Part shown: piece by piece, positions 52,170 to 64,000 of the stretch
Position numbering within the stretch: position 1 is the first letter of the stretch
Layout: each line of letters begins with the position of its first letter
Source: an uncultured bacterium
Lineage (GTDB): Bacteria > Fidelibacterota > Marinisomatia > Marinisomatales > UBA1611
Length of the DNA stretch: 64,000 bases
Direction: 5' to 3'
NCBI GenBank assembly: GCA_943788175.1
Contig: CALSPG010000005.1
Coordinates: forward strand, 1-64,000
Made by a program: the position numbers and the translations under genes
The notes under the pieces: model-generated
What the model saw: the letters and a program-made list of their open reading frames with translations, nothing else
Database searches by the model: none
Told to the model about the DNA's origin: nothing

Positions 52170-53633
52170 ATGAGTAAAAAACTTCCAAATATTGATTCTG
52201 ATATATCTAGTTGGTATACAGAAGTAGTCACAAAAGCTGACCTCGCAGATTATGGTCCAGTAAAAGGTACAATGGTTATTAAGCCATATGGATTTCAATT
52301 ATGGGAGAATGTAAAAGATATTTTTGATGACATGATTAAGAAAACAGGTCATACCAATGCCTACTTTCCACTTTTAATTCCAAAATCATTCCTTGCAAAA
52401 GAAGCCGAACATATTGAAGGGTTTGCTAAAGAGTGTGCAATAGTAACGCATACTAGACTTAAGTCTGAAAAAGGAAAAATAATTGTTGATCCAGATTCTC
52501 GTTTAGAGGAAGAAGTAATTATAAGGCCAACCTCAGAAACAGTTATTTGGTCAATGTATAAAAAATGGATACAATCTTATCGAGATTTACCGATATTAAT
52601 AAACCAGTGGGCCAATGTTGTAAGGTGGGAAATGAGAACCAGGCTCTTTTTAAGGACAACTGAGTTTTTGTGGCAAGAGGGACACACCGCACACCAAACA
52701 AAAGAAGAGGCGCAGAAAGAAACTTTAGATATCTTAGAATTATATAAAAAATTAGCAGAAGAATATTTAGCAATCCCTGTTTTTACTGGTTTAAAAACTG
52801 ATGCTGAAAAATTTGCGGGGGCAGATAAAACTTACTGTATTGAAGCTATGATGCTAGATAAAAGAGCATTGCAAGCAGGTACATCTCATAACCTAGGGCA
52901 AAATTTTGCTAAAGCTTTTGACGTTAAGTTTCAAACAGATAGTAATAGTGAAGAGTTTGTCTGGGCAACTAGTTGGGGTATTAGTACTCGTCTTATAGGG
53001 GGCGTAATTTTAGCTCATGGAGATAAAAATGGTTTAAGAATTCCTCCTAAAATTGCACCAATCCAAACAGTATTGATTCCTATTTTTAGAAGCGAAGATC
53101 AAAAAGATGAGATAAAAACATATATCAACCCAATAGAAGAAGAGTTGAAATCCATAGGGGTCCGATATTTTATTGATTGGAGCGACTCTTCTCCAGGATT
53201 TAAATTTAATGAATGGGAATTAAAAGGAGTCCCGGTTCGAATTGAGATTGGCCCGAGAGATGTTGAGTCAAAAAAATTAGTTATGGCACGTAGAGATAAT
53301 GGAGAAAAATTTTCTATATCTAAAAATGAATTAGGCATAAAAATAAAAACGACTCTGGAAGAAATACAAAACAATTTGTTTAATCAAGCAAAAGAATTCA
53401 GAAATGAAAACACACATGATATCAAAACGTATGATGAATTTAAAAATATAATAAATAACGGTGGATTCGTTAGATGCGGATGGGATGGTGATTCAGAAAC
53501 TGAATTAAAAATTAAAGAAGAAACAAAAGCAACAATCAGGTGTATTCCTTTTAATGAAAATCCTAAGGGGTTAAAATGCGTTTATTCAGGTAAAACAGCA
53601 AAACACGAAGTCATCTATGCTAAGGCCTATTGA
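52170..53633 (+). CDS. proS: Proline-tRNA ligase (archaeal/eukaryote-like type, no editing insert)
   Basis: RPTSET, VVRWE, EFLWQEGHT, LQAGTSHNLGQNF, C-terminal AY. Confidence 0.97.
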   Translation: MSKKLPNIDSDISSWYTEVVTKADLADYGPVKGTMVIKPYGFQLWENVKDIFDDMIKKTGHTNAYFPLLIPKSFLAKEAEHIEGFAKECAIVTHTRLKSEKGKIIVDPDSRLEEEVIIRPTSETVIWSMYKKWIQSYRDLPILINQWANVVRWEMRTRLFLRTTEFLWQEGHTAHQTKEEAQKETLDILELYKKLAEEYLAIPVFTGLKTDAEKFAGADKTYCIEAMMLDKRALQAGTSHNLGQNFAKAFDVKFQTDSNSEEFVWATSWGISTRLIGGVILAHGDKNGLRIPPKIAPIQTVLIPIFRSEDQKDEIKTYINPIEEELKSIGVRYFIDWSDSSPGFKFNEWELKGVPVRIEIGPRDVESKKLVMARRDNGEKFSISKNELGIKIKTTLEEIQNNLFNQAKEFRNENTHDIKTYDEFKNIINNGGFVRCGWDGDSETELKIKEETKATIRCIPFNENPKGLKCVYSGKTAKHEVIYAKAY

Positions 53634-53648
53634 TCCTGTTGGGTCTAA

Positions 53649-54341
53649 ATGATTGTCAGTTCCCCGGCGATTGTATTAAAAACATTTTCTTACGGCGAAA
53701 CAAGCCTTATTTCAAGATGTTTTACTAAGGACAAAGGTAAGGTTTCATTTATTATTAAAGGGGCAAAATCAAAAAAGAATTTAATTGCTCCATATTTTCA
53801 ACCACTTAGTTATATTAATATTATTTTCAATGAAAATGAAAAAAGGGAATTGCAGATTGTTTCGAAGGTTTCTTTTGAAAAAATATGGACAAAAATTCCG
53901 TTATCTCTAAAAAAAATGACTCTTTCGCAATCTATTCTTGAAATATCTGACTTTACGTTAGAAAAGAATGACCCATACCCAATATTGTTTAAGATATTAG
54001 TTGAAACACTTCAGCATTTTGAAACAGGTAGCCTTGATGAAAATATTTGTTTTTGGCATTACGAAAGTAAGCTGCTTTCAGAGATGGGTTTTTTGATTGA
54101 TATGGAAGATAAAAACTTAAATGTAGAAGATTTGGTTTCTTTAGAAAAAACAGACAATAGTTTTAAGGTGTTATCAAAGTTAATTGAGGGTAATGTGTTT
54201 GATATTGATTTTGAAAACATTTCAAAAACAGACAAAAAAAACATTTCAAAATTTTTATATCAAAAATTATGTTATTATTTTGATGGTTTTGAAAGATTGA
54301 AATCTTTTAGAGTAATTAAAGATATTTTTTACAATGGATAG
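53649..54341 (+). CDS. recO: DNA repair protein RecO
   Basis: AIVLKTFSYGETSLI...FTKDKGKV...KGAK. Confidence 0.88.
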   Translation: MIVSSPAIVLKTFSYGETSLISRCFTKDKGKVSFIIKGAKSKKNLIAPYFQPLSYINIIFNENEKRELQIVSKVSFEKIWTKIPLSLKKMTLSQSILEISDFTLEKNDPYPILFKILVETLQHFETGSLDENICFWHYESKLLSEMGFLIDMEDKNLNVEDLVSLEKTDNSFKVLSKLIEGNVFDIDFENISKTDKKNISKFLYQKLCYYFDGFERLKSFRVIKDIFYNG

Positions 54342-54397
54342 TCTAATATTTTTATACAGATTATCTCTGTTTTATTATATTATATTCAAATGAATTT

Positions 54398-55243
54398 ATG
54401 AAATATAGATTACAGTTTAATCCGGGGGAGGCTGCTTATAAGCCTCAAATATTTACAGAAGCGATAAAAATATTAATTTCCATTAATTTTGTTATTTATG
54501 TGCTTCAGTCCTTAGCGGGTAAAGAAGATATTTTTTTTAGATTATTTGGACTAGTCCCAAACGTTTTTATTTCTGAGCTAATGCTTTGGCAACCATTTAC
54601 ATATATGTTTTTCCATGCACCATATTATTCTAGCATCGGGATATCTCACATATTATTAAATATGTTAGGGTTATGGGTTTTTGGAAGAGAATTAGAACAG
54701 GCCTGGGGTAAAAGTAAATTTTTAAAGTATTATTTTTTAACTGGCATTGGTTCGGGGTTAATTACATATTTATTTCAAATAAATTCTGATAATCCAGTTA
54801 TTGGTGCTAGCGGAGCTGTTTATGGTATCCTATTAGCCTATGGTATATCATTTCCAAATAGGATGCTTTACATTTGGGGTTTGATTCCTATCCGCTCAAT
54901 TTGGCTGGTTGTTATTATGGGCTCTATTGCTTTTTTTGGATTATTAGGCAGAGCCGATGGGATTAGTCATGTAACTCATATCTCAGGAATGTTCATTGGG
55001 TATATACTTCTTAAAAAGAAATGGCAACTTGCAGATATTATATTTGCAATGAGAAAAAAGACTGTTGAATTTCAAGTGCAGAGGAAAGAAGATAGAGCTT
55101 TAAAGAAAAAAAGTATAAATAGAGATATTGATATGATTTTAGAAAAAATAAAAGAGGTTGGTTTTAGTGGACTATCAAATGAAGAGCAAAGTAAATTATA
55201 TGAGGCTAGTAAGAGCTTGTCAAAAAGCGGACAAAGAGACTAA
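54398..55243 (+). CDS. Rhomboid intramembrane serine protease
   Basis: WQPFTYMFFH, HILLNM, GASGA, HISG. Confidence 0.93.
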   Translation: MKYRLQFNPGEAAYKPQIFTEAIKILISINFVIYVLQSLAGKEDIFFRLFGLVPNVFISELMLWQPFTYMFFHAPYYSSIGISHILLNMLGLWVFGRELEQAWGKSKFLKYYFLTGIGSGLITYLFQINSDNPVIGASGAVYGILLAYGISFPNRMLYIWGLIPIRSIWLVVIMGSIAFFGLLGRADGISHVTHISGMFIGYILLKKKWQLADIIFAMRKKTVEFQVQRKEDRALKKKSINRDIDMILEKIKEVGFSGLSNEEQSKLYEASKSLSKSGQRD

Positions 55244-55273
55244 GGTTTTAGACTTAAACAAACGAGATAAGAA

Positions 55274-56152
55274 ATGAAATCACAATTTGATTTTGGTACA
55301 ATTATAGGGTTGATAGCAGGGATAGTATGTATTTTTGTTACAATGATTTGGCCAGAAGTTGATCGCGGTGAGATGATTTTAACGACAGATGGTGGATGGC
55401 GATTTGAGCAGCTATCTTGGTTCTATCAACCTCAAGCTGTTTTTATTGTTCTTGGTGGTGTTATATCTGCTACTTTAGTTAATTATCCGATTAAAGCTGT
55501 CATTAATATGGGTAATGTTTTTAAAAATGTTATTTTGTCTGAAAAATTCGATTTTTCATCTACAATTGATAAAATTGTAGTTCTTGCTGAAAAAGCGCGA
55601 AAAGATGGTCTATTATCCTTAGAAAGCGACTTAAATGATATAGATAGTGTTTTTTTAAGAAACGGTGTTGAGTTAGCTATTAATGAAAGAGACACTAATA
55701 GATTAAGAACTTTTCTTACAATGGATTTAAATAATATATCAACTCGCCATGTTAGTGCACAGGAAATTATATTATACATGGCGGCTTACGCTCCGGCCTT
55801 TGGAATGCTTGGTACTGTATTAGGGTTAATTATTATGATGAATAAATTTCAAATGTCTGGAGAAACATCATCTGTTGATTTTAATGTTGCAGATCAATTT
55901 CAATCTCTTTTAGTCGGGATGGGTACAGCCTTGATTACCACTTTTTATGGCGTGTTTTTAGCGAATATGGTTTTTTTACCTTTAGGGGGGAAATTAAAAC
56001 GGAGATCTGAAAATGAAATAATGTTAAAAAATATAGTTTTAGAAGGCATTATAAGTATTCATGGGAGAGAGCATCCAGTTTTAATTAAAGAAAAATTGAT
56101 GACTTTTGTTGCTATGTCTGAAAGAAAAACTCTTGAAACCAAAAAAGAATAA
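55274..56152 (+). CDS. motA: MotA/PomA-type stator A subunit
   Basis: IVLGG, ARKDGLLSLE, APAFGMLGTVLGLI, ALITTFYG, LPLGGKL. Confidence 0.88.
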   Translation: MKSQFDFGTIIGLIAGIVCIFVTMIWPEVDRGEMILTTDGGWRFEQLSWFYQPQAVFIVLGGVISATLVNYPIKAVINMGNVFKNVILSEKFDFSSTIDKIVVLAEKARKDGLLSLESDLNDIDSVFLRNGVELAINERDTNRLRTFLTMDLNNISTRHVSAQEIILYMAAYAPAFGMLGTVLGLIIMMNKFQMSGETSSVDFNVADQFQSLLVGMGTALITTFYGVFLANMVFLPLGGKLKRRSENEIMLKNIVLEGIISIHGREHPVLIKEKLMTFVAMSERKTLETKKE

Positions 56153-56154
56153 TA

Positions 56155-56880
56155 TTGCAAAACCAGAAAATATCACAAGAGTTAGCAAGAGCTAAAACTA
56201 CAGCCTGGGCGTTAACATTTGCGGATCTAACAACCTTATTGCTAACCTTTTTTGTATTATTACTTGTAATCTTAAATGATGCTGAAGCTCATGTTGATCG
56301 ATTAGTGAATATTATTCTAGATGAAACTGAGAGAGAATTAAGAACACTTCAACAAAATAATTTAGTAGAAATCGAGAGAGTTACTAAAGGTATAAAAATT
56401 ACTCTTACTGGGTCTAAATTATTTAAATCTTTGTCTGCAGATTTAAATCCAGAAGCAGATCCAATATTAGTTCAAATTGGTGGACTGATTCGGACATCTA
56501 CATTAATGAATATATATAAACAAAAACGTTGGAAGCCACTTCTAAGCAGAATAAGTGCAGGGCAAGACACATTAAATATAGAAATAAGAGCAGAGGGGCA
56601 TACAGACGATAAACCAATACCTATGAACTCTAAATTTAGAAATAATTGGGAATTAAGTTCTGCTAGAGCTTTGAACTTAGTCCAAAGGTTGAGTGAACTT
56701 GCAGAAATGGATCAGCACTATTTTTCTGCACTTGGTTATGGTGAATTTCGTCCCAAAATCAGTTTACGTAATATTAAAAATAGAGCTGAAATAGAAGAAG
56801 CGAGGGCTCAAAACAGAAGAGTTGAAATATATTTTGATGCATTTATCAGGTCGAAAAATGAGAGTATTAAAAATCTTTAA
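56155..56880 (+). CDS. motB: MotB-type stator B subunit with OmpA-like peptidoglycan-binding domain
   Basis: WALTFADLTTLLLTFFVLL with the ion-binding Asp; EGHTDD, NWELSSARA, NRRVEI. TTG start. Confidence 0.88.
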   Translation: MQNQKISQELARAKTTAWALTFADLTTLLLTFFVLLLVILNDAEAHVDRLVNIILDETERELRTLQQNNLVEIERVTKGIKITLTGSKLFKSLSADLNPEADPILVQIGGLIRTSTLMNIYKQKRWKPLLSRISAGQDTLNIEIRAEGHTDDKPIPMNSKFRNNWELSSARALNLVQRLSELAEMDQHYFSALGYGEFRPKISLRNIKNRAEIEEARAQNRRVEIYFDAFIRSKNESIKNL

Positions 56881-58935
56881 AAAGAGCATAACGTGCTTTT
56901 TGCTTTTTTGTCTTTGTTCTCATTTTAATATTCAGGCTCAAATACAGAGTATCGTCACAACTAATAATCAAACTCAAGACTGGATTTTTGGTGATGGGCC
57001 AGAGCCAAAATGGGTTGTTGAGCTTTTACACGGTGCTTACCAAAATGTAAAAGAGGATAATAGTTTCATTTTAAAAGTCCCAATTGCGGGGTCGGGTATT
57101 AATTATTCTGCTTCTGTTGATGGAAATGCTGAAATAAAACAAGATGGTGATTACCTAATTATTACTCCAGAAAAAGATTATCATGGGACAATATTAGTTA
57201 ATCTTAATTTAGATATGAGTTTTATATTGAATGTTCAGTCTGTAAACGATAAGCCTTCTTTGTCCACCACAGATAATAAAACAATAAAAGAAGATGAGAT
57301 ATTTAGCCTTGAGTTATCTGCGCAAGATGTTGAAGGAGATGAATTAACATACGGGGCTTCCGCTGATAATGGAGCAACTGCTAAAATCATCAAAAATAAC
57401 TTAACCATTACACCTGAAAAAAATTACTATGGTCCTATAAATATTAATCTTGCTGTTTCTGATGGTAAGTCTACCGATGAATCTAGTTTTATATTAAATG
57501 TTGAACCGATAAACGATGCACCAGTTTTAGAATCTATTTTATCTAAAACTATGGAAAACAGAAATTATGTTGATCTTCTAATGTCTGGGTCAGATATTGA
57601 TGGTGATAAATTGACTTATTCGGTCACTGGGGGTGATAATGTCGACTTTGATGTAGAAAATAATAAAATAGTGGTAAAGCCTAAGAAAAACTATCGTGGA
57701 GCTACTGCAATCAATCTCACAACCTCAGATGGGAAAAGTAGTGTGGATACTAGTTTCACGCTTATTAATCCCCTGCCTGGTTTATCTGCCTTCGCTCCTC
57801 AATCAATGCTAGAAGATGAAATATTAACTATTGTTTTGAATACAAGGGATGTTGAATTAGACCCGTTTAGATATAGAGTAAGAAAAACTGAAAATGCAAA
57901 TATAGAGATTAATGACAATGAGTTAAGTATAATTCCAGATAAAGACTATTTTGGAGAGTTGATTTTAAACTTAAACATTTCAGATGGCGAAGACTCTACT
58001 GATTTCAGTTTTAATATTAATGTATTACCACAACCTGATTTCCCTATTGCTTATGCTGGAAATGATACAACAATAAGCAATGGCTGTAATTCTAGTTTGT
58101 TATTAGATGGAAGTAAGTCTTACGATGCGGATAATGATATAGCTAGTTATAAATGGACCTTACTAAGTGACAGTAGTACTATCCTTAATGGTAAAAAAGG
58201 GATATATAAATTCAAAAACTCTAAAAAAGATTTATATCAAAAGATTCTACTGACCGTGTCTGACAGTAAAGGGCTTAAAGCCTATGATACAATAAATGTA
58301 ACCATAATAAGCGATACCCCCCCCTTAGCAAATGCCGGAGATGATTTTATAGCACCATTTGATAAGTTTGTTAGGCTCGATGGCTCAAGGTCGGTTGATG
58401 ATGATAGCGAAATAATATATTTCTGGAGCATAGTATCTGGCGATGTATCTTTTAGTAAAATTGAGAGAATAAAAAGAGAACCTGTTTTCGAATACCCTTC
58501 AGAAATTACAAAGCCTAAGAATTTTATTGCATTATTAAAAGTTCAAGATGAAAATTCTTTTTGCTTCTCGGTTGATACCGTTCTTATAACGTGCTTGCCT
58601 AATGTTGATATGGCAGATAGTACTGTTAAATATGAGATTGTCAGAGCAAGTAAAAAAGATAATAGAGTATTTATTGATCTAAATGTGACAAACAAGCAAT
58701 TCTGGCCATTTGATTTTGCAGCGTTTACTTTGATTTCTGTAAAAAACGAAGATAATAAGCTTGGTCAAATTGACCCTTACAAAGGGAGAAATACGGTAAA
58801 ATATGGAATAGAGAACGAAGAAAAAGTTGGGGTAGAATTAGTTTATAATTTTGATTCTCCACCACAAGAGGTAAGTATCGTTTGTAAGTCAAATATGGCA
58901 TTAACTGCAGATACTGTATTATTCAAGCAAAGTTT

Positions 58936-58939
<4 letters not shown>
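56858..58939 (+). CDS. Exported protein with tandem cadherin/Ig-like (tandem-95) repeats and two PKD-like domains
   Basis: Signal peptide from ATG 56858. Repeats of EDE...DVEGDELTY...TPEKNYYG...VSDG...NVEPINDAP. PKD-like PIAYAGND...LDGSKSYDAD and PLANAGDD...LDGSRSVD. Confidence 0.85.
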
Positions 58940-60560
<1,621 letters not shown>

Positions 60561-60675
60561 TTAATCCATGGTTTTTGTTCTTTTAAATTAAATTTGACTA
60601 ACTTTGAGAAACAACCAATATAAACTTGCAATTCAGAGCAGGAACTTTTAATCTGCTATTCTGTTAAAATGATTC

Positions 60676-61641
60676 ATGATTAAAGTTAAAAAATTATTAA
60701 AAAGTAATTATGCCACTTGGGACACTTTTGTTCTAAGAGCAAATAATGGAACAATTTTTCATTTAAGAGATTTTCTAAACTATCATCCTAAAGATAGGTT
60801 TAAAGATTTTAGTTTAGAATTTTACAAGAACAATAGCCTTCTATCTGTTATCCCAGCTGCAGCGGTATTAAAAAACAATAAGAAATTATTTGTTTCTCAT
60901 CCAGGGACATCATTCGCTTCTTTTGTAACAAGAGAGGATTTTTCAATTAAAGATTCATTTGAGATTGTAGAAAAGCTTATTGATTACACAAAGAATGAAG
61001 GTTTTGATGGGATTCAGTTGAAAATCCCACCAGCATTTTATTCTAAAAGGTTATCAAACTATATAGAGTATGCATTATTATCAAGCGGGTTTAATTATTT
61101 AAATAGGGAAGTAACAAGTACTCTTTTCATTGAGAAAAATGAGAAGGCGATATTAAAAAAATTCAAATCATCACACTCAAGAGCGGTAAGAAAATCACAA
61201 AATTTGGGGGTTGAAATAAAAATAACTGATCAGGTTGATGAGTTTTTTTTGATGCTTGAGAAAAATTTAAAAATTAGGCATGGCGTTTCTCCAACACATA
61301 CGATTGATGAACTAAAATTATTAATGAAAATTTTCCCAGACTCAATCAATATTTTTGGGGCTTTTTATAAAAATCAGATGATTGCAGGTGTTTTAAATTT
61401 CATCGTTAAGGAAGGTGTTGCATTAGCTTTTTACATAAGTCATAAAAATGAGTACCAGGAACTAAGGCCTCTAAATCTTTTGTTTTTCAATGTCTTTAAA
61501 TGGGCTACTAAACAAAAAATAAAAGTATATGATTTTGGTACTTTTACGGTTAGTGGTGTAGCAAATATGGGTTTAGGGAGATTTAAAGAAAACTTCGGAG
61601 CTAGCGGCGTATTTAGAGATAGTTTTCAAAAATTATTTTAA
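60676..61641 (+). CDS. FemAB-like GNAT N-acyltransferase
   Basis: NGTIFH...FLNYH, SHPG, PTHT, YDFG, FKENFG. Confidence 0.8.
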   Translation: MIKVKKLLKSNYATWDTFVLRANNGTIFHLRDFLNYHPKDRFKDFSLEFYKNNSLLSVIPAAAVLKNNKKLFVSHPGTSFASFVTREDFSIKDSFEIVEKLIDYTKNEGFDGIQLKIPPAFYSKRLSNYIEYALLSSGFNYLNREVTSTLFIEKNEKAILKKFKSSHSRAVRKSQNLGVEIKITDQVDEFFLMLEKNLKIRHGVSPTHTIDELKLLMKIFPDSINIFGAFYKNQMIAGVLNFIVKEGVALAFYISHKNEYQELRPLNLLFFNVFKWATKQKIKVYDFGTFTVSGVANMGLGRFKENFGASGVFRDSFQKLF

Positions 61642-61645
61642 ATAA

Positions 61646-63063
61646 ATGTCAATAAAAAATCTAGGTAAAGAATCGTTAATCTATGGTACTGGGCATGTGC
61701 TGGCCAGGTTAGTGACATTTTTTCTTTTACCTATTTACACTCACGTATTTACTCCTGAAGAGTACGGTGTCATTTCTCTCGCTTATGCTTTTATTGGTAT
61801 CGCTTTAATGATATATCGATATGGTATGGATACTGCATTAATGAAATATTCAGTGCAATTGAGCGACAATGAAAAAATAACGCATATTTCGACTATTTAT
61901 TTACTTCAATTATTTAGTTCTGCCGTTTTTTCAGGATTATTGTTTTTAATAAGAAATCATGTATCTGAAATTATTTTAGGCGTGGTAAAACCAGAATGGA
62001 TTATAATTTTATCAGGCATTCTTTTCTTGGATAATTTATGGAATCATCATGTTCTATTATTAAGAGCTGAAAACAAGCCCTTTCTGTATATCTTTTTTAG
62101 TCTTGGTAATGTTATTCTGACGATGGGTTTCAATATTTTATTTGTTATCAAATGGGGCATGGGTATAGAGGGCGTTTTAATTTCAAACTTAATGGCTTCT
62201 GGTTTTATTTTTATTTCTTCAATGCCAGTTGTGATTAAAAAAATAAAGCTACTCCAAATAAGATCAGAAGTAGTAAAAAATATTTTGAGCTTTGCGCTTC
62301 CATTTCTTCCTGCGGGTATTTTTACTATGATTATGGAATTATCTAATCGATATATGCTTGAATGGTTTGAGGGCACTTATGCCGTAGGTTTGTTTTCTGC
62401 TGGATACAAACTCGGAATATTTGGATTAATTATCGTTATGGGTTTAATATGGGCTGGACCCCATATTTTTTAAAACGAGTAAAAGAAAAAGATGCTAAAG
62501 TAGATTTTTCCTCAATAGCCTCTTTGTTTTTAGGGTTTTTAGGGTTTGTTGTCGTTCTGGTTTCTTTGTGGTCTTCAGAAATTGTTCGTTTTAATATTGG
62601 TACGTATCATTTGATAGGGAGCAATTATTGGGATTCAGAAAAAATTATTCCAATAGTTTTATTAGGGTACTTTTTTTTCGGGACTTACATAATTCAATTG
62701 CCTGGAGTTTATTCAAAAAAGATAACCAGGTGGGTACCAATTTTTAGAGCGATTGGGGCCATCACAAACATTTTCTTAAATATTCTTCTAATCCCTCAAT
62801 ATGGCATTGTTGGCTCTGCTTGTGCAACTGCAGTAGCTTTTTTATTAATGTCGTTATCAATATATGTAAAACTATATAAAATATATTTTGTTAGATATAA
62901 TTGGCTTGCACTTTGTTATCCGGTTTTTTTTATAGTACTTGACTTTTCTTTCTATTAATACTTTGAATATCGGTTAGCAATTACTGTTTCGTACTTGTTA
63001 GGATGGTATTATCTCGCATTAAATAATCTTGAGAGGTTAACAATTAAGAGCCTATTAAGTTGA
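61646..63063 (+). CDS. Oligosaccharide flippase (Wzx-like), two frameshifts
   Basis: SLIYG...LLPIYT...PEEYG, LIPQYGIVG. Spans ORFs 61646..62473 and 62449..62958 plus a tail to TGA 63063. Confidence 0.88.
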
Positions 63064-64000
63064 TAGCTGTAATATCATGTTCTCATTTTCCCGATGATGA
63101 AAGGATTTATCATAAAGAAATTCAAGCTATTTTAGAGCAGGGTTACTCAGTAAAATATTTCACATTTGCAGGATCAAAAATTAATTTGAGTGGTATAAAT
63201 ATTATTCATCTTAATTATGATAATTCAGAAATATCATTAAAGACATACTTAATGTTAGTTGAGGAAGAGTTGATAAATAATCCTCCAAAAGTAATACATC
63301 TACATGAACCCGAATTATTACCTTTAGCCGTTAAGCTAAAGAAAGCTTATAATATTAAGATAATTTATGATGTTCACGAAGATTACCCATCAATGATTGA
63401 TACTTTTTCTAGGTTGAAACCACCACTAAGAGATATCAAAATAAGATACTGGAAACTAAAAGAAAGAAGGTTTCTAAAATATGTTGATGAAATATTTATC
63501 GCTAGTCCTGGGGTTACTAACTCTGGTTTTTTTGAGCAGGGATTTACCCCAATACTATTGGAGAATTATCCTCTAAAAAAATTTATAAAAAAAATTAATA
63601 TAAATTCAAAAAAGAAAAACTCTCTTATTTATCATGGTAATATTGCCCCTGAAAGAGGGATATCTGAGCTAATTAAGTCATTATCAATTATTGTTAAAAA
63701 AGTGCCGGATGTTTCTCTTTCTATTTATGGAGGATTCAGAACTCGCTCATATAGAAAAGAATTATTTAAGTTGGTTGATTTTTTAAAATTACATAATCAT
63801 GTTTCTATTAATAATCATATAAAGCATGAAGATGTATGGCAGTATTTAAGAGAAAATTTAATTGGTGTCATTCCTTTTAATGATAATTCTTTAACAAAGA
63901 TAAATACACCTACGAAGCTATTTGAGTACATGGCAGCTGGGTGTCATATAATTTCATCGAGTGTAGCACCTGTTACAAGATACGACGCTAGAATAAATTT
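63060..64000 (+). CDS. Glycosyltransferase family 4 (truncated by window end)
   Basis: TTG 63060: IAVISCSHFPDDERIYHKE, HLHEPELL, IYDVHEDY, PTKLFEYMAAG. Confidence 0.88.
   Translation, partial: MIAVISCSHFPDDERIYHKEIQAILEQGYSVKYFTFAGSKINLSGINIIHLNYDNSEISLKTYLMLVEEELINNPPKVIHLHEPELLPLAVKLKKAYNIKIIYDVHEDYPSMIDTFSRLKPPLRDIKIRYWKLKERRFLKYVDEIFIASPGVTNSGFFEQGFTPILLENYPLKKFIKKININSKKKNSLIYHGNIAPERGISELIKSLSIIVKKVPDVSLSIYGGFRTRSYRKELFKLVDFLKLHNHVSINNHIKHEDVWQYLRENLIGVIPFNDNSLTKINTPTKLFEYMAAGCHIISSSVAPVTRYDARIN

Noticed and set aside
55274-56880. Zorya anti-phage system
   Set aside because: MotA lacks the long ZorA cytoplasmic tail and no zorC/D/E genes are adjacent.

Overview
AT-rich bacterial genomic DNA (standard code 11). 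The gene content (TonB-dependent receptors, T9SS-type C-terminal sorting domains, a PorV-like barrel, a dockerin-like tail, kdsD, acidic GExFxDxNxNGxWD repeats) points to a marine FCB-group organism, most plausibly Marinimicrobia/SAR406; this is inference. Layout: (1) 1-14.6 kb is a phosphate-scavenging island, nearly all on the minus strand: Na/Pi symporter, PhoU, PhoB/PhoR, a TonB-dependent receptor, a secreted ElpS-like protein with a sorting domain, an exported pyrophosphatase, a TonB protein, aquaporins and ArsC. Four of its upstream regions share an 11-bp-periodic YCWAAY repeat that looks like a lineage-specific Pho box. The first ~8 kb is heavily frameshifted, probably from long-read indels. 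(2) 14.7-34.6 kb holds kdsD and a near-complete purine cluster (class II PurE without purK, PurQ fused to two PurS-like domains), interrupted by ppk2, NUDIX, ABC-F and OPT genes. (3) 35-46 kb holds an iodotyrosine-deiodinase-like gene, then a receptor / 1303-aa sorting-domain protein / PorV-like barrel triad. (4) 46-64 kb is housekeeping (mgtE, proS, recO, eno), plus a MotA/MotB stator pair with no flagellar neighbours that overlaps an Ig/PKD-repeat exported protein, a degenerate AroQ, and the start of a polysaccharide locus. No rRNA, tRNA, CRISPR array or mobile element was recognised.
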